From contig NW_027192196.1 of assembly GCF_041956535.1 (NCBI RefSeq), forward strand, positions 1,100,752 through 1,164,751: a DNA stretch of 64,000 nucleotides, read 5' to 3'. This document shows, one piece after another, positions 37,344 through 49,769 of the stretch (its first letter is position 1; each line of letters starts with the position of its first letter). A program made the translations under genes and the position numbers. This DNA is from Calcarisporiella thermophila CBS 279.70 (Eukaryota; Fungi; Calcarisporiellomycota). The notes below the pieces were generated by a model, which worked only from the letters and a program-made list of their open reading frames with translations, searched no databases and was not told where the DNA came from.

Positions 37344-38040
37344 ATGCTTAAAATTGTCCGTCAATTTGGCATGTACGATAATTTGCCACCCAGGCCATTC
37401 TCATCCGGTTTCCAACGATCATCCTCAACTGGCGCTAAGATGACTTCGAGCGAAAGCCTCAATCAGCAACGCGAGCAACTTCCCTTAGTCCGCACACTAA
37501 GGGAGAGCCCCGAATGGGTCGAGTTTCCTTTGCGCACCAAGCCCGGGGAACGCTTTCATTTCACTCTACACTGTCTCCATCGTCCGGAGGCATTTCTGCT
37601 CCACCCCTTGTTCTTTCAACGACTTGACAAGTCAGAGACGGTCATGGTCAATTGGATAGGAAATGAGATGTGCGGCTTTAAAGGCCTTGTGCATGGGGGG
37701 CTTTTCGGAATTCTACTGGATGACTGTGGAGTCATCACGGCAAGTCAACCATTTTGATTCCATTATGACATGGCCGCTTATAATTTAAATGTAGTCGGCA
37801 GCTAACTTTCCATCCCATAACTGCTTCACTGCAACAATGACCATCAACTACAAACGCATTTGCCCCATTAATCAGTTTATTATCACTCGTGCGGCGATCA
37901 GTAAGCTCGAAGGCCGCAAGTGTTTTATTGCGACAAAGATATTGGATCAAGAAGAGAAGCTTGTGGCAGAAGCTACCGCATTGTATTTGGAACCAAAGGA
38001 CAGTAAAAATCTAGTCAAGATTGTGCAAGATAAAATGTAA
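37344..38040 (+). CDS. Hotdog-fold (PaaI/THEM4-like) acyl-CoA thioesterase with possible mitochondrial presequence
   Basis: MCGFKGLVHGGLFGILLDD, FTATMTINYKR, EGRKCF..LVAEATALYLEP; one intron at 37740-37794, probably GC-AG. Confidence 0.85.
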
Positions 38041-38121
38041 TTGTGTATTTATTGGTGAGGAAGCAAAGGGAGGGCAGAAAAGTCAAAGGAAAAATAATAA
38101 TAAAACGCTTTAATATATATT

Positions 38122-39018
38122 TCAACACACGTTTGCGGTTTTTGTATTTAATATTAATCCAACAATAAGTCCATACAATCCGAGTACTTCTGCAAAAATA
38201 AGTATCAGAACCATGATCACAAATAATCGCTGCTGCTGCCCGACCGCCCTTACACACTAGAAAAAGCAATAGAGCTACATTAAGCAGGGTTATTTTCCCC
38301 AAAGTACTTCAAATTTAACCTACATAATCACCAACAATGCCAATCGCATAACCTGCAGATAAGCCCGTGAGTCCCACTGATAGCCCAGATGCCATATGAA
38401 GCAATCCTCTATGTTCATAGGGTTAGAAATAAAACATCCAATAACTAGTTAACTAGTTAACTATGAATACACACGTGAAGAGTGAGTAGGGGTTCGTAGG
38501 CGACACTGGCAGATAGTTCCGTATATCATTTAGACAAATACAATATAATATCATATCAATGCAACAGGAACTTACAATCACCCGATATAATCACTGAGAT
38601 CACCACGCCATACACCGCTAAAATACCCGACATGATTACCGGAATCAAATTCTAGATAAGAGAAAATTAGAATAATAAAAAAAAAATATTCAGAATATTA
38701 TTAAAACCTTCATTATAATTTCGGGTCGAATAACGCCAACGCCAGCAATGCCGATTCCAGATTTAGCTGTCCCATAGGCTGCTCCTAAAGCTGATGAATA
38801 GAATACACATGTAACTGATTCCCCGGAAGTCGATGTAGAATACTAAAAGTAATATTACTCACAAGAAAAAACCATCTGTTTGAATCGCGTAAAAATGTAT
38901 AGGGAGATACAGTCAATCTTAAGTGCGATCATCAGTAAGTGCATGTTAATCTTACCGCACCGCACACGCCGGCAAACCCAAAGAAGGGCGCATAAGCAGG
39001 ACAGTTATCGGAACTCAT
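38122..39018 (-). CDS. VMA11: V-ATPase proteolipid subunit c' (7 short exons; absent from the ORF track)
   Basis: Manual splice gives [21 protein letters not shown] / MVFS / [27 protein letters not shown] / [15 protein letters not shown].. / SPTNPYSLF / [14 protein letters not shown] / ..[22 protein letters not shown], including the catalytic Glu. Confidence 0.9.
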
Positions 39019-39537
39019 TTTTGAATTGTATAATTAATGAAGGGATGTTAATGGAAATCTTGTCTAGTGTTCGAGCCATAAATTTTGTGATGCAGCAATT
39101 CTGCGCCACCTGTACATTTTACTGAGAGTAATTCTAAGGACATTTCCATATCTCCCATCTAAAATACCATTAATACAAGAGATTCTCAACCCTAGTTCTG
39201 TTATTTGTATCGCTCCATGTATCCATATGCCAAGGTCCATTAGTGTTTTATAGCAAAGCATCATTGTGTTAGGAAGTGTAGGGATCTTGTATAAATTGTT
39301 ATATTGCAGCAGTAATTTCAAGGCATAATACCTTGTGTTGGAGTACTCGGTTGATGCACTGCGATATGTACTGGCTGAGCCTGATTAGGAATTAAAATGT
39401 AGTCGTGACCTAATTATATTATACATCCGCTTTGCTCTATTGTAATAAAAATTAAAGAGGCTAATGAACTACGAATTTAAAGTAAAAAACTGTGACTGTT
39501 TTGTCGAAGTTTCCTGCAAAACATATTTCGAACCGAA

Positions 39538-40346
39538 ATGTCCACCAAATTACCATCTTTGATGCCAGAGGGCCTTCATCTTTACTATGACTTCGTCACT
39601 GATGCGGAGGAAATGCAGCTGATAACAGCAATAGATAGCCAAGAATGGGCAGGGAACGGTAGCGGCCCTAATCCAGAATTGCTCAGAAGGACCCAACAGT
39701 ACGGTTATTTATTCAGTTACCGTTACCGGTAAACACTCTGCTCTTCATTTTTCACATATGGTTCCGTTAAAGTTCAATGCTTGTAGGAAAATATTGGAGG
39801 AAATTGGACCATTGCCGGATTTCTTTTCATTTCTTCTTGCCAGGATAAAAGAACGTCGTATTATATCAGAAGAGAATATGCCCAACAGTTTGATTGTAAA
39901 TGAATACTTAGTCGGACAAGGAATTATGCCACATATTGGTAAGTATTTCGTTCTCGATATCGGTGGTATAGACAAAAAGCCTCATTTCTTGTGAACGAAT
40001 TAGATGCCCCCTCCATATTTGGTGAATTTATACTAGCACTTTCATTACTCACGCCATGCGTAATGCGATTCCAGTCTGTAGAGGATGAGGAATGTATTGA
40101 TATTCTATTACGTATGTATCGTATTTATTTTGATGGTTTTCTTTGCCAGTGTGGTGAAAGTGAGCTGGCGTTTTAATTTGCGGACGCATTCACTTCTTAA
40201 TAGCACCCCGAAGCCTGCTAGTCATGTCCGGAAAAGCACGATATAAATATAAGCATTCGATATCCAAAAATGCAATTGATTACATTGATGAACAGGCAAT
40301 AGAGCGTGGTAGGAGGGTTTCCCTTACAATGCGCAGAATATTGTAA
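39538..40346 (+). CDS. AlkB-family 2OG-Fe(II) dioxygenase (4 exons)
   Basis: RRTQQYGYLFSY, VNEYLVGQGIMPH-I-D (HxD), ALSL, RSLLVMSGKARYKYKHSI, RRVSLTMR. Confidence 0.88.
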
Positions 40347-40544
40347 TTATATCTAGAATAATTTGACATGTTTTTAAACGGGATCCAGGCGGGGGGAGAG
40401 GGATGGGATTGCAAATGTAGAGGATATCCATTTTATTTAATTTTATTATATTGTATTTTCTATATTACAAACAAACTCATAGTAATGACAACAATGGACG
40501 TTCTAAATAATAAATAAAAAACAGATTCCTAATACCCAAGTGAT

Positions 40545-43500
40545 TTAGAGTTTGAGCTTAAGGCGCTTTAATGGCCAGCGACGCTTCACCATCTCACGCA
40601 CGGGGCCTAGCACTACTAGACGCTCAAAGAGAATACCAGCGAAACAGTTGGCCATACACAAGCTAATAAAAAAAAAGGTTTTAGCTAAATCTTTCCCAAG
40701 CTATTCACAAATTTATAGCAGGATTCCTTACCCCCAGAGTTTCCACCTAAAGTCCCATGGGAACACATTGTGGTGGATCGGGCTGTTGTAAGTTTCAATG
40801 GCGAAGTCGGGTCTTTGGTATCCAAGCTGAACAAGCGTATCGGGATCTCCACAGTTAATGCGCATCCAACAGCCGAATCGGTTGGGATCGCCCACCGTCG
40901 CCCAAGAGATGAGAGCCAGGTAGAGCACCCAAACACTGACTAGCCAGTAGTTCTTGAACCAAGCTTTACGGAAGTGATGCCCGAAATTGAACACTGCGGC
41001 CGCATTGCAGAATTGGAACAGCGCCGTTAAACCGATTGTTTCTGTCTCATAGTTGTCGCCGATGAGCCACCATTTGGAGATGTCGACGGTTTGGGAGTCG
41101 AACTCATGGCATCGGTACCAGGGTTGGCTTCGCAAGAGAGCCATATTGACTCCTTGGAAGATGAAGTTGAGAGCTACCTGACTAATGGTGGAAACCAGGG
41201 TCTGTGGGCCGAGCAAGCGAGCCGTGGGCCGTACGGGGGCAAGTTTCGAGGTTGCCTTGGCCTGAACAAGGGCTCCGGCCATCACAACGGTAATGAGCGA
41301 GTCGAACATGATCCAGATAGCTTGGGAGAAGGAGACGGAGAAATAGAAGGCAAATAAACGCAGCACCGCCATGGTCTCACCATACATGATCAAGTATTTG
41401 TATGCAGCAAAGCTTGTGGCCAGCGCGCTCCTTCCTTCCTTGAGCAGCGTGACGCACGACATGATGGTACGACGGTTGGTGCTAAAAGGCGATACAATGC
41501 TTGCCTCCGCCTCTGAAAGGGCAATGCCGGCGTGAGAAGCGCGAAGGGCACCTGCATCGTTGCCACCATCTCCGCACATGGCGGTAATACCCCGCTCCAT
41601 ATGCAACTGGACACATTGCACCTTGCCAGCTGGGGTCATTCGCGCGAACACACGGATATCGAAGAGGTATTTGCGAATTAAATTATTTTCCACTAAATAG
41701 TCGAATGCCTTTCCAGTCACGGCAAGCTCTACACCGGAATGTCCCTCGAACCTGTCCGAACTTGAGGATCCAGCAGAATGGTTGAGAATTTCGTCGACAT
41801 TAACGTGAGTTCCTGAATGGTCATCAACATCGCACCAAAATAGTTCCCGTGTCTTTGGATGCACATCGGCGAGCAGTACACGATCTCCCTCCGGAATCAT
41901 ACCACATTGTTTGGCAATATAAATGCCAGTGAGAGCATTATCTCCGGTAATCATGACAGTGCGGGTGCTGCCTTCTTTCAACTCCTTAATTGCAGCATAG
42001 GTATCGTCTTTAAGATTGTTTTTGAAGACAACCAGGCCAAGCATGTCTGCTCCCTCTTCAAGCTGCTCGCGCGTCATTCCCCGCACTTCATCCAAATTGA
42101 TTTCGCCAAGGTCACGATGAGCCATTGCCAACACATAGCATCCTTCACGCGCAAGATTGGAACATACGATGTCATAATCGCCTGGAACGGAGCTTGGCCG
42201 AGCTAATTCTTTCACTTTCTCGAATGAACCCTTAATGAAAATATGTACGTGCTTAGTGGTTGGGTCCAGAACGGCAACGGACATAGATGCACGGGCATGC
42301 ACAAACTCGAATCGTTTGACAATTTGCGCGGGTTGTAAGATTTCTTTCTCCTCTTTGGGCGGTTGGATCGTGTCCAGGAATTCATCATCGGCCTTGGTCG
42401 CCAAATTCCATCCAGTTGCACGGAACATTTCTATATCCACCGGGTTACCGATCAGCTGGTTGTCGAGGGTCGTGACGGTATGGCATGTTGCCAGTCCGAG
42501 TCTCATCAGGTAAGGCTGCTCCACTACCGGCGTCACTTCCTTCTTTTCGAATTCGAATCCTTTTTCACCGGCGGCCACCGGAGTGGCACCATGGAATTCA
42601 AGGCCCTCTTTAGTCAGGGTGCCCGTCTTATCGAAGCAGAAGATTTGCACTTTGCCTGCTATCATAATACGTGGCAAATCGACGCAGTAGATGTTCTTGC
42701 TACGCAGACGAGAGGATGCAACGGATTGACCAACCACGAGACCAGCGGGAAGAAGAGGCGACAAGATTTGGCAAATGCAGTACATGCTAGTGAGAGTAAT
42801 AGGGGAGGGAATTCACATCGTTAATGCCCTCAAATAGGCCCGTCCTCAAAAAGTGCACTCCTTACCCATAGAGCCAAGCAGCACCGCCACCCGCACGCAT
42901 CAGGTAGATCGCCAGTCCAAACAGGATGGCGCCCCAGGTGAGCAAAATCAATAATACCACCTTGAGCTGCTCATTGAATATAAACGATACGGGGCTAGGG
43001 AAGAGGATCTTGCGAACCAGCTGTCCCTTATCTGTTTGAGTGCCGGTGTGGGTGACCAGAGCACGCACTTTCTCTCCTTCGACCACCGGAGTGGACTGTG
43101 AGACGATGGTGCCGGCGTAGAGTGTGTTGATTTTGTTGGCTCCATGACGGTCGTAGCGGGCTGGTTCGTCTCGAAGCGGGAATTTCCTAATGGGAAGCGG
43201 TTCTCCGGTAAGGGAGGATTCATCGACGACGACATTACCGGCCAAGAGGATGGCATCCACAGGGACGGTGCGTTTTTCCGTAATTTCGAACACATCGCCG
43301 GGCACCAAGTCCGCGGTCGAGACCTTTTCTGCCCACTTCCCATCGCGCAGCACACGCACTTCGTCCACGTGTTCGGCCATCTGCTTGATACGAAGTTCAC
43401 TGCGCAGGCGGATCGCAACCTTAATAATGGCACTGATAAGAATTACGATGGTGTCGACGAGACCGACTTGATAGTAGGCGTAGTAGTAAAATAGCCAGAG

Positions 43501-45100
43501 CATCATTGCCTGATATAGGTAGAAGAAGGAGGCGAATTCCTGAAATAGGGCCACCACGAAGTTCGGCACATCCACCGTGATGAAGTTGGGACCGATGAGT
43601 TCTAATTGAGACCAGAGAAAGACGTTATCAAAGGAGGGAGGAGCGAGGGTGGGACGAGGTGGTATTTACCTTGACGCCAGCGCGCATCCTTATCTGTCAG
43701 CCCGTTTGCATGCTTCCACAGCTCGTCATTTGTTTGTCCTAGGTCGAAGGCATAAGGCTCGAAGCGCCCATTATTGTAAACATATCGGGTGCATTGGAAG
43801 TTGAAATATTTTCGGCCCTCTTCTGTGAATTCAATGGGACAGGTGGCGACAAACACGTGCCATCCTGTGGCGCGCTTCAGAACATCCTCGGCCCAGTGCA
43901 CCGCATCCAAAACCGCCGACTTTTCGTCGAGCAGGATGGTTGCTTTTTGTTCGCGTTCAATTTGAACGACGTTGCCCTCGGTGGGTGGGCATGCAATGCG
44001 GAAAAAGTTGCGGATGCGTTTTCGTGCGATGGTGACCGTTCCAAGCCAAATAGCGGCGGCATAGAACACTGCAATGAAGACGCCAGACGCGATATCCCAG
44101 TTAGTTTCGAAGAGGCCCAGCGCGGTGCCAGTGACCGAGCCATAATAATCTGCCGAGAGCACCGACAGGTAGACAAACCAGCCGACGGAAATCAGGCACA
44201 CCGTTCCTAAGAATAGCACGCTGCATCAATACAATTGCCCCAATGCACTTCTAGCCATTGCAAAAATAACAAACCGAAGACAAAGGTGCCGAAATAGTCG
44301 TTTCGATATCCTTTGATGGTCATGGTCTCTACCTCATCCTCGTCTGAGGACTTTGTAGAATCGTCTCCGTCTCCCACCTTTTTATCTCCGGCCTTTTCAT
44401 TAACGCTGCCCTCATCCGCTCCTCCGTTGCTCAGTGGCTTCACTCCACGTTCCCTGAAGCGCTTGTACAGGTTCCATAGCACGAACAACAAGACTTCCGC
44501 GCCAAGGACGGTGAAAGGTACGAGCCACTGAGGCTGTGTGAAATCCGGCCGGGGGGTTGGCGGGACAGGGCAAAACGCTTTGCCCGCCCACATCATTTGT
44601 GCACCTTCGCGGGTTTCCCATTTCCTCACCCCCTGCAAGTTCATTACTCTGGCACATTCGCCCTCAATTTGGGCTGTGCCATTCTTGGGATCGAACTCGG
44701 TGAAGCTCACCTTCACTGATCCGGTTGCGCAGGGGACCAGATTGGTGGTTGCATCGCGGAAGCCGCACAAGCAGACATTCTCAATACCAGCGCAAGAAGC
44801 GCGGCATTCATTCGTGCCATCGTTGCACACCTGCGTACCTGGAGGGCATGTGGGCCTCACGCTGGCCGGACATAGGTCTCTAGAGGTAACGCAGAGAATG
44901 GGGCAGGTGACATTTTCACGGGAGAGTAGCGGGCAGCCCTCGTTCACTAGACAGTTTAGCCAGAGACTGCGTTAGTGCCAATGCAATAGACTGAAATAGA
45001 GTTTAGTGTCTCATAGGGTACCGGTAGTGAATATCGGCATCGCCGTCGCTAATGTAGCGAAGAGCGCCAGTAGAAGTAGAACTTGCAAGCGTCTATTCAT
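40545..45100 (-). CDS. P5-type P-type ATPase with signal peptide and Cys-rich N-terminal ectodomain (about 6 exons)
   Basis: DESSLTGEP, ILSPLLP, FDKTGTLT, KGSFE, MITGDN, FARMTP, MCGDGGND, ASIVSPF; exon 1 MNRRLQVLLLLALFATLATA splices in frame to VNEGCPLLS..CPILC. Confidence 0.9.
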
Positions 45101-46514
45101 GTTTACAAATTCTCATATAGTGGGACATACACCCTGTATGAACACTTGGGATGAAGCAGTACAAAAGAATATGGAGAGAAGGGAGAATGATTGGAGTTGC
45201 AACTGAGAAGCACAGAGAAACTCGATGGGTAATTATGAGGAGATGATGGCCGTCATGCACATCGACTGATGAAGACGAACCGAAAAGGAAAAGTGGGAAA
45301 GAAACAGAGAGAGCAGAAACCGTCTATTTTGTAAACATTCAGTTGCGTCTCATTTCCCTAAAGGAGCCTACGGGCAAACTCCTACCTCACCTTCCTGTTA
45401 AATTCCCCGCATTCAGGCCCGACCAATCACCGCCTGGGAGACGGATCGGTATCCGAGAATGCTTGAAAAAATTTAGCAGGATTCGATAAGCTTTAAGCAC
45501 CATCACAAGGGGCCGAGTGCCTATAGGCCACCGCGACAGCCCTTGTCAGACTCGCGGCCTCATGTCTCAAGTCAGTGCTTCCAGCCCCTCCCCCCTACTG
45601 GCGCCAGGAGCGCGCGATAGATCGATCGGTCTGAAGCAACGAAAAATGCCGGCAGAGACCATGACGTAGCGCCTGGTTGTGCTTGAAATTGCCTGAGTTT
45701 GTCAAATGGCAAAAACGGATTCCACACCCGCTATCTGTGTCATGTTTTGGTCTTCCACACGAATAAACGCAAAGGCTTTGGGTGCAGTAACCTTGTCGTG
45801 TGCCCCTACTCGCATTAAATTGGAGCGAGGTTAGTGCCCTTCCTTTTTCTAATAAGTCGGAGGCTTGGGTTGAGTTGGCACCTAGGGTTCCGATCACAAT
45901 TGAGTTGTAGATGGATGAATGATAAGGAATGACGTCAGTGCCCGTCTCACATCCAATGTCGGTCAAAGTGACTAGCTACTTAGGGATAAAATGGAGGTGC
46001 GCCTCACAGTTTTATTCGCCTTATCTTCTTAAGAGAAAACGTCCTGAGCCACTTTGGGCGTTACATATTGCATTTTCACACGCGGAAACGCGGAACCTAA
46101 AAGAAAGAACGCACGTTTAATTGCCATTAAGCTCATGTCCCCTGAGTTACTCTGAGGTAGCTTAACCCTAATTAGCATGTCTCATTCTGGGCACAAATCT
46201 TGGAAGTCAGGCCTGAGCGGAAGCGACCACTGAGTGTTCTCGAGGGCAAAGGGTATTCAAGACTGCACCCAAGATCTATTAGCTAGGCCCTACATGCATA
46301 AACTGGCAATACGCGCTATAGTGATCAGCTCCTAAATCATGTCTATGGCTTCTTTGAAACAGTCCACATGATCATGTTGTGTGAGTAATCAAAGCGAAAA
46401 CATTTATTTCGTATCGACTATCTTATTTACGCTAACTCACTTCTATACAAAAAGAAAACATATAACCAAAAGGAGAATTGATGCTATGTACGTCTCTTGT
46501 CCCCGAGGCCGGGC

Positions 46515-47472
46515 TTAGAGCTTGGACTGCGTGTCAATCGGGAATAACTCCTCGTCTTCTTCCTCAACTCTTAGCGAGGGAAACCTAGAACAAAATAGAA
46601 ATAGCGTGAGCATTGTATCATTCGCGTTGGCTCATTGATTATCCGTACTTTTTGGGCAGCATGCGAGGGGGCTCCTTATCCCTAACACAGCGATAGGAGG
46701 AGAATTCCTGAATACCCCATCGCTCCCGTAGGTAGTCTTCTTCAATCCATGCAACGCCATTCAAGCCCTCTCTTTTCCTATCACGCGTCATTAGCCAGGC
46801 CGCGTCGGCCATGATATCAGGAGAGCGCATCAGCTCCCTACCGATTCCCGCCAAAGCCTCCGTCGCAGCCGATTCAATGGCTGTCGCAGGCCATAAGCCA
46901 CAAATGACTTTGTCCTCCGGAATTTCAAGTGCTAGGCCTTGGAGAAGCACCGTCATGGCTACTTTGGACATGGCGTAGGGTACTTTGCCTCGGAAGAAGC
47001 GAGAATAGATGGGTGCTGAGAGAACAATGAACCGAGATGGATTGTTGATTCGAAGCCAATGCTGAACGGCGATATAACAGCCACGTGCATTGATGGAATG
47101 CAGCAAGTCATACTTCTTGAGGGGCGTTTCATGAACTGGCCCCCATGTAATTGCACCCGAATTGTATATCACGGCAGTTACCTTGTGATCAGGTAAATGT
47201 TTTTGGGTCTCCTCGAACACTCGAGAAATGTCTTGTTCATTGCGTACATCGCACTTCATCGGAATCGCTTTGCCACCTTTCTCCTTAATGAGCTGCACTA
47301 CTGAATGAATGGTTCCACCGCGGAGTGTATTTCTCACATTTTCCTTCTCCACTTCAGTCTTAGATGAAACAACCACTGCGTAACCTTCGCGAGCAAACTT
47401 GAAGGCCATTGCAGCGCCAATTCCACGCGAAGCGCCGAATATGATGGCTACCTCCTTCATTTTGTTACCCAT
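46515..47472 (-). CDS. Short-chain dehydrogenase (HSDL2-like) with peroxisomal PTS1
   Basis: GASRGIG; YAMSK catalytic YxxxK; LWPATAIES; the second exon FPSLRVEEEDEELFPIDTQSKL* ends in SKL. Confidence 0.88.
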
Positions 47473-47884
47473 TTCAGTTCTAAGTTGGCATGGTAAAAGT
47501 AACTGAAATTCATATGAAAAATTGCCAAGCCTCTCTTCTTGACCTCCAAAGCATGTGAACTTTTATAAAAATATAATTTAATACAGGGAGTTCAACAATG
47601 GAGGAAACAAGTTAAGTATCATAGACCCCAAGTTTGAGGATATATCAAGTTGTTTCGAGCAAAAGACTTTTGAGAAGAGTGGATCGATTTATACGACAAT
47701 GAAACAAAATTTATTCATTCAAGCATTTTCTATACTATCCGTATATCTACTCTCTACGTTTATACCTTTCATAAGTTTTTGACATAAGCAATACACGAAT
47801 TAACTTCGATAGCATGTATATGCGCATACACCATCACCATGAAATTGAAAAAGTTCTCATTTAAATTTATCAACTCGAGCCCAT

Positions 47885-48211
47885 TCAACTATAGGAACTA
47901 CTACACGCCCACGAGACAAGACAGTCCATGACGGGTAGCGCTTGGGCTTGTTTCATTGCATCTCTACAAAACGCTCGACACGCTTTGTCATATATCTTCA
48001 TCATTTCACAGCAACCGATTTGGCTGGGAGATGCACATAAATTTCCATGGAATCCTGCTGTCACCAAACAATCGCCACAGCTACCGCCAACGTTTTTGGC
48101 AGCCGTAAGAAAGTTTTCGCAGTGATTGGCTCCCACTAAATACATAAGATTAAAGGAGCCTATGCCAAGAAGTAAACCTATCCAAGCATAGAGCCTGTTT
48201 GGAAACCGCAT
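47885..48211 (-). CDS. Small secreted Cys-rich protein (108 aa, 10 Cys)
   Basis: Hydrophobic N-terminus, even Cys count, isolated ORF in AT-rich DNA, TATA-like element near 48275. Confidence 0.7.
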   Translation of the reverse strand: MRFPNRLYAWIGLLLGIGSFNLMYLVGANHCENFLTAAKNVGGSCGDCLVTAGFHGNLCASPSQIGCCEMMKIYDKACRAFCRDAMKQAQALPVMDCLVSWACSSSYS

Positions 48212-49580
48212 TTTAAAGTGATTGAAGAATAAATAAATGTGTATATTGGAAACCCTTTAATGAATAGCCTTCGCTATTTATAGTGGCAAAATTGTCTCGA
48301 TCATGTATTGCATTTCCTCAACGAAAACTATGTTCTGCTTATTTTCCAAGATATTTAACCGATTGCTAGCAAGTCCAATATATTTATTTGGCGAGTTTTA
48401 TATATTTGCCGGCATGGACACGCTGAATTTCTTAAAATGCCAATGAAAATAAACCCATGTTTAAAAGTAAGTTGCGGCATGCATTTGTATATCTAATTCA
48501 GCTCGTTTAGATGGTTGTAAAGAATTCCAGATTTATTAAATTACCCTTGTTTAGTTGTAGATAGGATTTAAATGTTCTGGGCAAAGCTTTGAAATCATAG
48601 ATCCCGATTTTCCGTGTAGCTTATTCCAATACAGCAAGTAGACCTGACAAATGGGAGTAGACGTGAAGTAGATAGTTCAAAATATATACAATGTTTTGTT
48701 CCGAAAACACTATGAGAAATAGGCTTTAGCCAGAGAATCACACTTTATAAACCCTTGTCTTTTTTCTCACGATGATTACTGAATAATCTCTCTGACCTTT
48801 AAGGTGGAATCTGAAATTGGTCATCGTTTCACTATAGTTGTCTAATATGTTAATATGAGTAGTTTTCAATTGTTATTTCCACCTTTCCAAATGCTCTTTA
48901 TACCGACCCTTTGTCAGTGAGTCGATTTGCCACTTTGCTAATGAATCTATAACTGAAAATATATTATAGCAAATTAAATGTCAAAATTCTATATCACCCA
49001 CAAAATCCTGAAACTGTCAAATTAGCCGCATATTCTGGCGTGACATATTTATATTGGAGGACGTCAATTGAATATCATCGGCAATTTAAGAGAAAATATG
49101 TATAATAGTGTTGAGGAGTCTATTGCCAACAAAAGAAAACTCCAAACACTACCTCTCCCAGTGCTCCTCTCTCGAGCACTCATAAAACATCTCCTATAGA
49201 GAACAGGCTTAGCTGAGGCTTGGAGATCGCAAGGATCAATCGAAATCTTTCAAAGAGCTATATCCATAGCCTTACCGCATAATTAAAAAGGGAATTTCGC
49301 ATGATTAGAGCCTTAAAATTCGGGTGAGCCTCTTTGATGCATGAGAAGGAGTTATTTTCACTTAATTAATCTGAGTGTTCTAAAATTCTTCGTTTCACTA
49401 AGGCTATGAACAAGATAATTTAAATTCCCATGGAAAGGTAAAAGCTAGCTATACTAAAATAGAGAATTCCCACCCCACAGCCGCTTTCGGGGGTTTTTTT
49501 GCTGCGCACTGAGCAAGCTATAAAAACGAGCCAGGATACTAGGTGAGTCAAAATTCAAAATCGAAAGATACAGGAGCAAC

Positions 49581-49769
49581 ATGCTTAAGCTGAATTTCAT
49601 TCACGTCTCTATTGTTCTGATCATCTTCATCCAATGCATATCTAATGCTGGAGCATGCCAGTCATATCTGGATTGTCGTGGGCTCAGTTGCCCCGGTGGC
49701 TACCCTGATTGTATAAATGGGGCCTGCAAATGTTGCCGAGATGAACCTTCAGGAAAGCGGTGCTGGTGA
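49581..49769 (+). CDS. Secreted defensin/knottin-like peptide (62 aa; 8 Cys in mature part)
   Basis: Signal peptide ending AGA; mature CQSYLDCRGLSCPGGYPDCINGACKCCRDEPSGKRCW; TATAAAAA at 49519. Confidence 0.78.
   Translation: MLKLNFIHVSIVLIIFIQCISNAGACQSYLDCRGLSCPGGYPDCINGACKCCRDEPSGKRCW

Noticed and set aside
49470-49500. GC stem followed by a T-run, resembling a bacterial terminator
   Set aside because: Weak stem in a eukaryotic promoter context.
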